From Macrostomum lignano (lineage: Eukaryota): a DNA stretch of 64,000 nt. The position numbers and the translations under genes were made by a program. Shown here in pieces: positions 1 through 13,804 of this stretch. Location of the stretch: the NCBI GenBank assembly GCA_002269645.1, contig NIVC01002601.1, positions 62,001 through 126,000 on the forward strand. The letters run 5' to 3'. Each line of letters starts with the position of its first letter. Position 1 is the stretch's first letter. Under the pieces are notes generated by a model. The model did not search any database. It had not been told where the DNA came from and was given only the letters and a program-made list of their open reading frames with translations.

Positions 1-1492
<1,492 letters not shown>

Positions 1493-1991
1493 ACAATAAG
1501 TTTTATTTTAATATTATATATAATAATTAGCATTTTATGCTAAATTTCTATACTTAATTACATTTTTATGATTTATTGGGATTATAAAACTGATAAAAAG
1601 TACCTATGAATGGCTAGGCCCTATGCTAAAAAAATTAGACCTCTATATTTACAGATATAATCATTTTTAGTATATGGGATTATGATAGGCCCTATGATAG
1701 TAAATTAAAGTTTTGTATATTCCTAAATGAAATTTCTCTTAAAAGGGGCTAATAGGAGTACTTTAGGCCTAGTATAATAACTAGGGGCCTAACCAATACT
1801 GTACAGGTATTTGTATTGAGATAACCATTGGCGTGGGCCTACTTATAAATATTAATATTAATACAAGCCAATGTTAGTTGCTATTACTTTGCTATTACTA
1901 ATGCCTATATTAGGCCTATTTACAAAAAGTCAAAAAAAATCGGCTTCTTCATCAAAATATTTTAGTTGCAAGCAAGTGTTATTTTAAAAAC

Positions 1992-2240
1992 TTATACCTT
2001 CGACTTTGTCTCCTTTGTCTCAGCATTACTGCCCGAGGATTTTGGTTGCTTCTTTTTCTTGATAAATGGAATCGATTCACTATCATCAAACAAATAAGGT
2101 GGTGGCTTTGGCTTACGAAATAGAAATAAAAATATTACAGTCAAAACGCCAATCACGGCAAATGTTGGTAGGAAAAGTGAACAAACAACTTCGTGATTAA
2201 ATATGCAACCGATAACAGGAAGATTGGTCATCATTGACAT
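1992..2240 (-). CDS. Putative small single-pass membrane protein (82 aa) with a cytoplasmic PPPY motif and basic tail
   Basis: ATG start, hydrophobic stretch VVCSLFLPTFAVIGVLTVIFLFLF followed by RKPK (positive-inside), PPPY and a Lys-rich C-terminus. AT-rich and no family recognised. Confidence 0.45.
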   Translation of the reverse strand: MSMMTNLPVIGCIFNHEVVCSLFLPTFAVIGVLTVIFLFLFRKPKPPPYLFDDSESIPFIKKKKQPKSSGSNAETKETKSKV

Positions 2241-2981
2241 TTATTATGCGTCAGCGTCAGTATGAAAGATTATGTAGTCTGTTTGGCTGTAGTTGGATTA
2301 TTGTGCAGTATTTCAAGTAAGCTAAATATCTAGAAATCAAGCATTTCAGTAACAAAGAAAGCGAAAGGGCTTGATTAACGCAACGCACAATGTCAGGGGA
2401 CTTGGAGGATCAGATTTTACAAATTAGTCGTCAATAATCAATATGCTGATCTTGCAAAGTTTTTAAAGTATTTTTCCTAGAACTATACGACATAAACAAA
2501 AGTGTTTGCAAAAGCAGTCTTTTTTTATTTTAAAACTTTCTGGGATTAAGTATGAAAATCTCCAGCTATTTAAAACTCACAGAAGGATGAAGGACTTATT
2601 AAAATTACGATAAGGTATGCGAAAGTCATGCTACCCTTTATGTTAGCCTGCTTACTCTTTTTTATCCAAACCTACAACACTTACATCTCTTATGTCAACC
2701 CATTTAATTCATCACACTTAGATTCATATGAGATTGCATAGGGTTTGCAAGATTTTGCTTTTAAAGTTTTTACATTGCATTTACAAATGTAGCTATTTTT
2801 TTCTGTTCGCTATATGTTAACAGTATAATTTTTGGCTGCAGTGGCCGTGCTAATAGTGGCTAATAATTTTTTTTTTATCGACAATTCTTAAGTTGTGACA
2901 GCTGAATATTGTGCAACTATTAAAGGAGCTTCAGCCTTAATTACTATGAGATCGATCGAGTGGCTTTCCTTAATGTATGTT

Positions 2982-3324
2982 GTCAACACCGCTGAGGGCC
3001 GAGGGCCGAGGGGTGCTGACCATCCTACCAGCCGATAATCCCAGCGGGCTGGCGCAGACGACCAAGCTCGCACGCTGCCGACGGTTCACGTACGGCTCAA
3101 CGTAGCTCCAACTGTTGCTCAACGTAGAGGATGACACATCCGGCGGCACAGATCTCAGGACTTGCCTGACCGGTCTATTAGCTGGTAGATTCGCGCTGTT
3201 CTTCAGTCCAAAGTGCTGCCCGATCGCCAGAGAGGTCTCGGCTTTGGCAGGCGGTGCTCGAGTCCGTCCTGCTGTACAGAGACGTGGACGTTGACCGCGG
3301 CTATACGCACACTCGGGGCTGCTC
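2982..3324 (+). mobile_element. Degenerate internal fragment of an RTE-like LINE, same family as 50265-51210
   Basis: Broken translation VLTILPAD...QTTKLARCRRFTY...LQSKVLPDRQR..LWQAVLESVLLY..ETWTLTAA..HSGLL aligns by eye with VLTVPAD..QTTRLARCQRFTY..LQSEALPDRQRARLWQAVVETVLL..ETWTLTA..HSGLL of the 50-51 kb copy. Many indels. Confidence 0.8.
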
Positions 3325-4034
3325 ATATATATATATATACAAAATTACATCCAAAGACATATACATGCTACATGTACGTCCATATAATGCTACTACTTTA
3401 AGTCTTGACTGAGTACATAAATGTACTTTCTTTCAATCATCTGTACATGTACCGGTTGCCTTTTGCTTAAAAAACAAATTTCAGCACAGTTGTCATCAGT
3501 GCACATCTAGACATATACTTTTAGGTTCTACACTACAAGTACAGGCAAATTCAGATCAAAAGTTCTCTCTGTCCTGACTCCTTATGCATAATGTATAGTA
3601 CAGGTACATGCAGCAGAGTGTGTACTACGATAATCATATTTTTCAAGCATAAATTTTTGCGTCTGATAATCGATCTAAATCTGCTGAAAAAGACGCACAA
3701 ATTGAAACCATATGAACTCAAGTCGAGCGAAAAAAGCCATTTAGATACAAGCAGCTTGGACTATAGTTTGCTGAGCTAACTTTCTATACCTTTGAAAATC
3801 TTTTGGCTTAATCTCTTTTATCGTCTGATACCAGCTTTGTCTTCTACTGATGGTCTACACTGTACATGAAACATGTGAAATCCTAGGTAAGGTAGCTAGG
3901 TAAACATGTGAAATCCTCCATTAAAGTCATCACATTCATGGGCTTTAAGAGTAAACTGACTAATGTACATTCACTAAGTTATATTTTTTATAACATTAAT
4001 TCTAATTAGCAAAATCAAGTGCAAAAGAAAGCGG

Positions 4035-4811
4035 TCACATTGTCAACTCAAACTCCTGCAGTCTGTTTCCACCGCGAGGCCGACGGTCCCTGCGGAATGG
4101 CTCCTGCAGCCGCTGCTGCCGCATCAGCACCAGCTGCTGCTGCTGCCGGTGCCGCTGCTGCAGGCGGAGCCGGCGCCACCGCTGCCTCCTCAGCTTGGCC
4201 AAATTGTACTGCCCATCGTAGACGCTCGCTCTCGAGTACTTATAATAGCAAGTCCAATTCAGGCCAGATTTAGCCAGCAGAATCAGCGCCCCAGCAGCGC
4301 CGATGCCGAGAGCGGCGCGCCAATCGGCGCCGCCGCAAGCCGTCAGCAGTTGGTCAGCCAGGCGCTCCTCCTTCGCCAGCAGGACGCCGGCGTTGGCTGC
4401 CAGCAGGGCGCAGCAGACGGTCAGCACGGCGGCGACCGCGTGACCAACACGAGCCCGTCGGCTGGCCACCGAGGCGGCTAAACCCGCCAGTCCGGCTGTC
4501 AGCGCCAGTCCCGCTGCGCCAGCTGTCAGTCCGAGCCCCGCTGCCGACACCAGCGGCTGCAGGCAGCCGTAGCAGCAGGCCGGCGCCTCAGCTGGCAGCA
4601 ACAGCGGCAGCAGCGCAGCCAGCAGGCCGGCCAAAGCGAGGCAGCCGTCGCCCAGCGCGCAGACACAGCGGACCAAACAGCCGGCATCCTTGCCGCCGCC
4701 GCCGCCTTGCCCGCCGCTGCCGACGCCGTTCTCAACGCCGTCATTGTCAAAGTAGCAGCCAAAATCGTCCAGATAGTTGCTGTCGCGATGCAGCACAGAC
4801 GGAGACCGCAT
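4035..4811 (-). CDS. Single-exon four-transmembrane protein (258 aa) of unknown family, with a Gln/Arg-rich C-tail
   Basis: ATG start and GC-rich codon usage like the other exons here. Four hydrophobic Ala/Leu/Cys-rich segments, with short Cys-containing loops. Confidence 0.65.
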   Translation of the reverse strand: MRSPSVLHRDSNYLDDFGCYFDNDGVENGVGSGGQGGGGGKDAGCLVRCVCALGDGCLALAGLLAALLPLLLPAEAPACCYGCLQPLVSAAGLGLTAGAAGLALTAGLAGLAASVASRRARVGHAVAAVLTVCCALLAANAGVLLAKEERLADQLLTACGGADWRAALGIGAAGALILLAKSGLNWTCYYKYSRASVYDGQYNLAKLRRQRWRRLRLQQRHRQQQQLVLMRQQRLQEPFRRDRRPRGGNRLQEFELTM

Positions 4812-5435
4812 TGGCTCGATTTAAGAATAAAAATCCAATGCAAGATGCAGCTGCCGCAGCTCTCCATCAGAGTAGCAAATGTGCACCGTTGGAGCGAATT
4901 GATGCTTAAGCAACAGTCATATTACACATGGCTACAGGCCACTGTAAACATCCGTTCTAGCCTGTCTGCCGGCCACTCTTCCTCCCTCACCTCTCCCTCT
5001 GCGCGAACCGAACTATGGCACTTTATGGTCAACAATATTTAGCATGGAAAGCTAAACCATGCATACAGTTTGGGCAGGTGCAAAGTGATAATTGCAGCTA
5101 GCTAGAGACCTACACACGGCCTATTGAGCAAAACAGAGTGAAGTCAAGTGTAAATTAATTTATCGCGGGTCAGTGGATCAACTTGTAGCTTTTGACAGCA
5201 ATATTACTGTTCATTACCAATTAAACCAGACAGTGTTTGAACTGTACTGATTGACACGGTGCAATGAACTGTGTAAAACAAATTTATTTTGGATAATTAA
5301 TATCACGATGAGCGTAGCAATGCTGCATTAAAATTTCGTTGAACACTTGCTTGGATAAATGTACGTAGAACATTGCCGCTGAAAATAATCTTCAGGAAGT
5401 CAAAGGCTGAACATTATTATATGCTGAAAAACTCT

Positions 5436-8284
5436 TTCAGAAATCCGAAAGCATCCCCAGAAATCCATAGCATCTTCAGAAATCCCAAAGCATCTTCAGA
5501 AATCCCAAAGCATCTTCAGAAATCCCAAAGCATCTTCAGAAATCCCAAAGCATCTTCACAAATCCCAAAGCATCTTCAGAAATCCCAGAGCATCTTCAGA
5601 AATCCCAAAGCATCTTCAGAAATCCCATAGCATCTTCAGAAATCCGAAAGCATCCCCAGAAATCCCATAGCATCTTCAGAAATCCCAAAGCATCTTCAGA
5701 AATCCCAAAGCATCTTCAGAAATCCCAAAGCATCTTCACAAATCCCAAAGCATCTTCAGAAATCCCAAAGCATCTTCAGAAATCCCAGAGCATCTTCAGA
5801 AATCCCAGAGCATCCTCAGAAATCCCAGAGCATCTTCATTAATCCCAAAGCATCATCATTAATCCCAGAGCATCTTCAGAAACCCCATAGCATCTTCAGA
5901 AACCCCAGAGCATCTTCAGAAATCCCAGAGCGTCTACAGAAGTCCTATAGCATCCTCAGAAATCCCAGAGCATCCTCAGAAACCCCATAGCATCCTCAGA
6001 AACCCATAGCATCTTCAGAAATCTCAGAGCATCTTCAGAAACCCCAGAGCATCTTCAGAAATCCCAGAGCATCCTCAGAAATCCCAGAGCGTCTACAGAA
6101 ACCCCATAGCATCCTCAGAAACCCCAGAGCATCTTCACAAATCCCAAAGCATCTTCACAAATCCCAAAGCATCTTCAGAAAAACCAAAGCATCCTCAGAA
6201 ATCCCAGAGCGTCTACAGAAGTCCCATAGCATTCTCAGAAATCCCACAGCATCCTCAGAAACCCCATAGCATCTTCAGAAATCCCAGAGCATCTTCAGAA
6301 ATCCCAAAGCATCTCAGAAGTCCCATAGCATCCTCAGAAACCCATAGCATCCTCAGAAATCCCAGAGCATCTTCAGAAACCCCAGAGCATCTTCAGAAAT
6401 CCCAGAGCATCCTCAGAAATCCCAGAGCATCCTCAGAAATCTCAGAGCATCTTCAGAAACCCTATAGCATCTTCAGAAATCCCAAAGCATCTTCAGAAAT
6501 CCCAAAGCATCTTCAGAAATCCCAAAGCATCTTCACAAATCCCAAAGCATCTTCAGAAATCCCAGAGCATCTTCAGAAATCCCAAAGCATCTTCAGAAAT
6601 CCCATAGCATCTTCAGAAATCCGAAAGCATCCCCAGAAATCCCATAGCATCTTCAGAAATCCCAAAGCATCTTCAGAAATCCCAAAGCATCTTCAGAAAT
6701 CCCAAAGCATCTTCACAAATCCCAAAGCATCTTCAGAAATCCCAAAGCATCTTCAGAAATCCCAGAGCATCTTCAGAAATCCCAGAGCATCCTCAGAAAT
6801 CTCAGAGCATCTTCATTAATCCCAAAGCATCATCATTAATCCCAGAGCATCTTCAGAAACCCCATAGCATCTTCAGAAACCCCAGAGCATCTTCAGAAAT
6901 CCCAGAGCGTCTACAGAAGTCCTATAGCATCCTCAGAAATCCCAGAGCATCCTCAGAAACCCCATAGCATCCTCAGAAACCCATAGCATCTTCAGAAATC
7001 TCAGAGCATCTTCAGAAACCCCAGAGCATCTTCAGAAATCCCAGAGCATCCTCAGAAATCCCAGAGCGTCTACAGAAACCCCATAGCATCCTCAGAAACC
7101 CCAGAGCATCTTCACAAATCCCAAAGCATCTTCACAAATCCCAAAGCATCTTCAGAAAAACCAAAGCATCCTCAGAAATCCCAGAGCGTCTACAGAAGTC
7201 CCATAGCATTCTCAGAAATCCCACAGCATCCTCAGAAACCCCATAGCATCCTCAGAAATCCCAGAGCATCTTCAGAAATCCCAAAGCATCTCAGAAGTCC
7301 CATAGCATCCTCAGAAACCCATAGCATCCTCAGAAATCCCAGAGCATCTTCAGAAACCCCAGAGCATCTTCAGAAATCCCAGAGCATCCTCAGAAATCCC
7401 AGAGCATCCTCAGAAATCTCAGAGCATCTTCAGAAACCCCATAGCATCTTCAGAAATCCCAGAGCATCTTCAGAAATCCCAGAGCATCCCCAGAAATCCC
7501 ATAGCATCTTCAGAAATCCCAAAGCATCTTCAGAAATCCCAAAGCATCTTCACAAATCCCAAAGCATCTTCAGAAATCCCAAAGCATCTTCAGAAATCCC
7601 AGAGCATCTTCAGAAATCCCACAGCATCCTCAGAAATCCCAGAGCATCCTCAGAAATCTCAGAGCATCTTCAGAAACCCCATAGCATCTTCAGAAATCCC
7701 AGAGCATCTTCAGAAATCCCAGAGCATCCCCAGAAATCCCATAGCATCTTCAGAAATCCCAAAGCATCTTCAGAAATCCCAAAGCATCTTCACAAATCCC
7801 AAAGCATCTTCAGAAATCCCAAAGCATCTTCAGAAATCCCAGAGCATCTTCAGAAATCCCACAGCATCCTCAGAAACCCCATAGCATCTTCATTAATCCC
7901 AAAGTATCATCATTAATCCCAGAGCATCTTCAGAAACCCCATAGCATCCTCAGAAACCCCAGAGCATCTTCAGAAATCCCAGAGCATCTTCAAAAAATCC
8001 CAGAGCATCCTCAGAAATCCCAGAGCATCTTCAGAAATCCCAAAGCATCTCAGAAGTCCCATAGCATCCTCAGAAACCCATAGCATCCTCAGAAATCCCA
8101 GAGCATCTTCAGAAACCCCAGAGCATCTTCAGAAATCCCAGAGCATCCTCAGAAATCCCAGAGCATCCTCAGAAATCTCAGAGCATCTTCATTAATCCCA
8201 GAGCATCTTCAGAAATCCCATAGCTTCTTCAGAAATCCCAGAGCATCCTCAGAAATCCCAGAGCGTCCTCAGGAACGCCAAAGC
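5436..8284. repeat. 20-bp minisatellite (AGCATCTTCAGAAATCCCAA variants), about 140 units, with an internal 977-bp higher-order duplication
   Basis: Exact 20-bp register in the listing. Variant markers cgtctacagaagtcctatag at 5931/6908 and aaaaccaaagc at about 6180/7157. Confidence 0.97.
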
Positions 8285-8849
8285 CGCAGTATGCCTGATG
8301 CTCATCTGTAATATAACCTCAGTCAACAATCCGGAGAACAACCCCCGGCAGCCCCCTTTCGTTGGGCTGCAAAAGCAGTTTTAATTTCCATTTCTCCATC
8401 TCTCGCAACAATCGCCATGCAGGACCCCTGGGCACCTGGTGCTCGCTAAATTCTGAGGCTAAACTCAGCGGGAGGCCATCTAATAAGAGACGCAAGCCTT
8501 TTCCTGCAGTCACGGAGGCCTTCGTTATGAAAAACTGTCGCCCAATATCGGATTCAATGCAATACGAGCTCAGGCAGGCTTTTACCCCCCCCCCAGGCTG
8601 GTCTAATATAATTTCATCACATTTGGATTTGCTGAGCTCGATAGGCTTGGGCGATTTTTTTTCGATGGAGAAGTAGCGTATTTTTCTTCTATTCAATTTA
8701 AGAAGTTCAGCAACTTATTATTTTAGTTATAAGGAACTAGTAAACTGTGAGCTCACATAAGATACTGAAATGATGAAATGTCCCGAAAATCTACTTAAAA
8801 AATAAAAATTAATTAATTAGAACTATGCGCTTACTAATGGATGGGGGCA

Positions 8850-9262
8850 TTTGGGGATCACCAACTGGGGTATTGGGAGATCACCAACTGGGGTAAGGGG
8901 AGATCACCAACTGGGGTATTGGGGGATCACCAACTGGGGTATTGGGGGATCACCAACTGGGGTATTGGGGGATCACCAACTGGGGTATTGGGAGATCACC
9001 AACTGGGGTATTGGGAGATCACCAACTGGGGTAATGGGAGATCACCAACTGGGGAAATGGGGGATCACCAACTGGGGTAAGGGGGGATCACCAACTGGGG
9101 TATTGGGGGGATCACCAACTGGGGTATTGGGGGGATCACCAACTGGGGTATTGGGGGATCACCAACTGGGGTAATTGGGGATCAACAACTGGGGTATTGG
9201 GGGATCACCAACTTTGGTATTGGGGCTCAACAACTGGGGTATTGGGGCACACCAATTGGGAA
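8850..9262. repeat. 23-bp minisatellite (GGGATCACCAACTGGGGTATTGG)
   Basis: tcacc recurs at 8881, 8904, 8927 and onward; about 17 copies upstream of the NPY-type receptor gene. Confidence 0.95.
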
Positions 9263-9506
9263 ATTAGAAGCAAACATCCGTTAATAATTTTACAAACGTT
9301 TTAACGTTTTAACGTTATATTCCTACCAAAGGCATAACCCATACAGACGGCTGCTCACTAACTCCCTAGCCTGATGATTGGCTAGCCAATCAAAATGCAT
9401 CTTAAAATAGGTAAGCTGCATAAACCCGCGTGATTCTGCTGCAAGCTAAAACTCCTTCTCTTGAGCCTCTTTGAGTGACGACTGATCGTGTCCTATCAAC
9501 TCAAGG

Positions 9507-9989
9507 ATGCAGTCCCAGCAGGCGACCGATTGCCTCAGCCATCTGCAATCCGTGCATCCAACCGACGTTGCCAGCGCTTTTCTAAGATTTTTTACCTGTA
9601 CAAACCGGACAGATTATGTACAGGCGATCAGGTCTGAGCTCGGAGCACTGGACAGGCAGTACCAGGTCGAGATGTCCGTGCTGAGAGGCACAATTTCTGT
9701 GTACGCAATCTTCATTCTGTTCGGCGTGCTGGGCAACTGCCTGGTGGTGTACGCCGTCTGCGGGCACCGGCGGATGCGGACGCCAAGGAATCTGTACGTT
9801 GCGAACCTGGCCGTGTCCGACCTCATCCTGTGCGCCGTCACCCAGCCGCTGAATTTGCTGCGTTTGTTCCAGCGCTACAGGGGCTGGGACCTCGGGCTGA
9901 TGGTGTGCAAGGCTGCCAACACTCTCACAGGGGTCAATGCGTTCGTGTCCGCCTATGCCATCACGGCCATTGCGCTGGACCGCCTGCAG
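9507..9989 (+). CDS. Neuropeptide Y/F receptor-like class A GPCR, exon 1 (TM1-TM3)
   Basis: GVLGNCLVV (TM1), RRMRTPRNLYVANLAVSDLILC (TM2), W.LG..VCK, AIALDRLQ (DRY-like). GT donor at 9990 (CAG|GTTGGT), phase 0. Confidence 0.93.
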
Positions 9990-10010
9990 GTTGGTGGGAC
10001 AGGCCTGAGA

Positions 10011-10875
<865 letters not shown>

Positions 10876-11297
10876 TCAAAGTAGTTACTAATTGATTAAT
10901 ACTTTTTAATCATAAAGATGTCTCAATCTAAAGCGACATCTCCCACACTTGAGAATTTCATGCGTGAAAATCTGGATATTGAAAAATGCACTCAGACTGT
11001 CGGTAATTTTAATGGTAGACGAGACAGTCTGAGACCCAGCATAAACACAAACGGCTGAGTTCTGACAAAAGTGCGCTTGCACTTAGCGCCCCAGCGTGGG
11101 TTGCTGCATGGGAAAAAAATCAGCTGCTCGGAGATAGAAAGCAGATTTTCAAGCACCAAAGCAGTGAACTGTTGGTTCCTTTGTCACTCTGTTTTAGCTG
11201 GCCTAACCTGAAAAGAATTGGGTTCTCCCTACGGACAACCGGCTGCGGTGCTTTTATTTGAATGGGTGCATGGTATGGCTCTGACTGTGGCTTGCTC

Positions 11298-11433
11298 TGA
11301 CAGACAGACAGACATACAGACAGATAGACAGATAGACAGACAGACACAAGACAGACAGACACAAGACAGACAGACAGACACTAAGACAAACAGACAGATA
11401 GACAGACAGTCAGACAGACAGACAGACAGACAG

Positions 11434-11480
<47 letters not shown>

Positions 11481-11606
11481 CACAGACAGACAGACAGACA
11501 GACAGGCAGACAGACAGACAGCCAGACAGACAGACACACAGACAGACAGACAGACAGACAGCCAGACAGACAGACACACAGACAGACAGACAGACAGACA
11601 GACACA
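11298..11606. repeat. (GACA)n microsatellite
   Basis: Direct reading of the sequence. Confidence 0.98.
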
Positions 11607-11977
11607 CAGCAGGTCCACAGAGCACCCCTCAGGCCCATTTAAATGTATTGCATTGTCAGAGTGACGGAGCTGCCTGTTTAGCTGTTTCGTGTATTCCAGC
11701 CTGGGTATCCCCTGGAGGCCGATAATGGCAGCTAAGCGTTTCATAGCTCTGATCTATATATTTTAACGAGCAGCTCTCTGGCTTAATCGCTTGAGCTTTT
11801 GATGTTTTTATAGGCCTAGAAAATATTTGAAAATTTAAATTAACAGGAAAAATTCAGATAAAGTGCTGCAATTAAAAATGAAATTATAGCTCAATTATTT
11901 TATTTTATTATTAGCCATGCTAGAGAATATTCTCGATCCTTTGTGACTGGAGTGTCAAGGGCCTTGCAGAGAGCGTG

Positions 11978-12612
11978 ACTCAGCTGATTGAACAGATCAA
12001 TAGGGGAATTGCTCAGCTGATTGAACAGATCAATAGGGGAATTGCTCAGTTGATTGAGCAGATCAATAGGGGAATTGCTCAGCTGATTGAGCAGATCAAT
12101 AGGGGGAATTGCTCAGCTGATTGAGCAGATCAATAGGGGGATTGCTCAGCTGATTGAGCAGATCAATAGGGGAATTGCTCAGCTGATTGAACAGATCAAT
12201 AGGGGAATTGCTCAGCTGATTGAACAGATCAATAGGGGAATTGCTCAGCTGATTGAACAGATCAATAGGGGAATTGCTCAGCTGATTGAACAGATCAATA
12301 GGGGAATTGCTCAGCTGATTGAACAGATCAATAGGGGAATTGCTCAGCTGATTGAACAGATCAATAGGGGAATTGCTCAGCTGATTGAACAGATCAATAG
12401 GGGAATTGCTCAGCTGATTGAACAGATCAATAGGGGAATTGCTCAGCTGATTGAACAGATCAATAGGGGAATTGCTCAGCTGATTGAACAGATAAATAGG
12501 GGAATTGCTCAGCTGATTGAACAGATCAATAGGGGAATTGCTCAGCTGATTGAACAGATCAATAGGGGAATTGCTCAGCTGATTGAACAGATCAATAGGG
12601 GGAATTGCTCAG
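11978..12612. repeat. 33-bp minisatellite (GCTCAGCTGATTGAACAGATCAATAGGGGAATT), about 19 highly homogeneous copies
   Basis: The translated period is 11 aa (GIAQLIEQINR). The unit contains CAGCTG and the inverted repeat ATTGA-acaga-TCAAT. Confidence 0.97.
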
Positions 12613-13202
12613 TTGTTGTTCGTCATAACAAATAAATTCTTACTTCTTATTAATTTCTGCTATCTCTCAGCTAAGATCCAAGCCAGTCCAAGTCACTGAC
12701 GATACAAAGGTGCATATCTGAATGCTTCACCTGCGCAGGTGTGAGCTGTCATGAGGCATCGGTATGACTATATCGCTTTGACTCTTCAAAATTAATCACT
12801 CACCCAGTCGCACCTGTCTTGCACCCGATCTCTCAAGTGTTTGCCGCATTCAATGAGCCAACGCCCTTATTTCGTTCCGCACTCAGCAAACCTGCACTGG
12901 GAATTTCTAATTCGAATCTCTTAAGCTTTCTGCGAATTCCCAGACTGAAATTTTCGATCCTCTCGAAATTTGAATTTCAGTTCAATCCCTCTCACTGCTT
13001 CGAAAATTGTTGAGTTTTCCTGGTGCAGAATACAGATGAGGCGTTTGCACTTTTTACTTTGGCTGGAATACTGAATGATAGATAGGATTTTAAGTGACAT
13101 TCTAGGTCGGTCTCGTTTGACCCTTTAATGTGTCCTCTGACAAATTACTGTCTCATCTGACAGCTCGAACCCAAAGCTCAGAGTTCAAATCTTGAAACCG
13201 AA

Positions 13203-13735
13203 ACCTATGACTCATTGGAAATCTATGACTCTTTGAAAATGCAATCTATGACTCATTGGAAATGCAGCCTATGACTTAATGGAAATGCAATCTATGACTC
13301 ATTGGAAATGCAACCTATGACTCATTGGAAATGCAATCTATGACTCTTTGAAAATGCAATCTATGACTCATTGGAAATGCAGCCTATGACTTAATGGAAA
13401 TGCAATCTATGACTCATTGGAAATGCAGCCTATGACTTAATGGAAATGCAATCTATGACTCATTGGAAATGCAATCTATGACTCATTGGAAATGCAATCT
13501 ATGACTCATTGGAAATGCAATATATGACTCATTGGAAATGCAATCTATGACTCTTTGAAAATGCAATCTATGACTCATTGGAAATGCAACCTATGACTTA
13601 ATGGAAATGCAATCTATGACTCATTGGAAATGCAGCCTATGACTTAATGGAAATGCAATCTATGACTCATTAGAAATGCAATCTATGACTCATTGAAAAT
13701 GCAATCTATGACTCATTAAAACTCCAGCTATGACC
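13203..13735. repeat. 23-bp minisatellite (CTATGACTCATTGGAAATGCAAT)
   Basis: tggaaat recurs at 13441 and 13464; the array ends about 70 nt before the exon 2 acceptor. Confidence 0.95.
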
Positions 13736-13804
13736 CTTTCAAGTCACATCTACGATCACTTTTAGAACCCCTTCATCTATGAAAGTTCAACACCAACCAA
13801 CCAG

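Noticed and set aside
8319-8696. Overlapping 125-aa (minus) and 104-aa (plus) ORFs; IILDQP resembles a Walker B and NCRPIS an RT motif
   Set aside because: The minus ORF starts at TTG, the motif matches are isolated, and no coherent domain is present. It may be a decayed element but cannot be supported.
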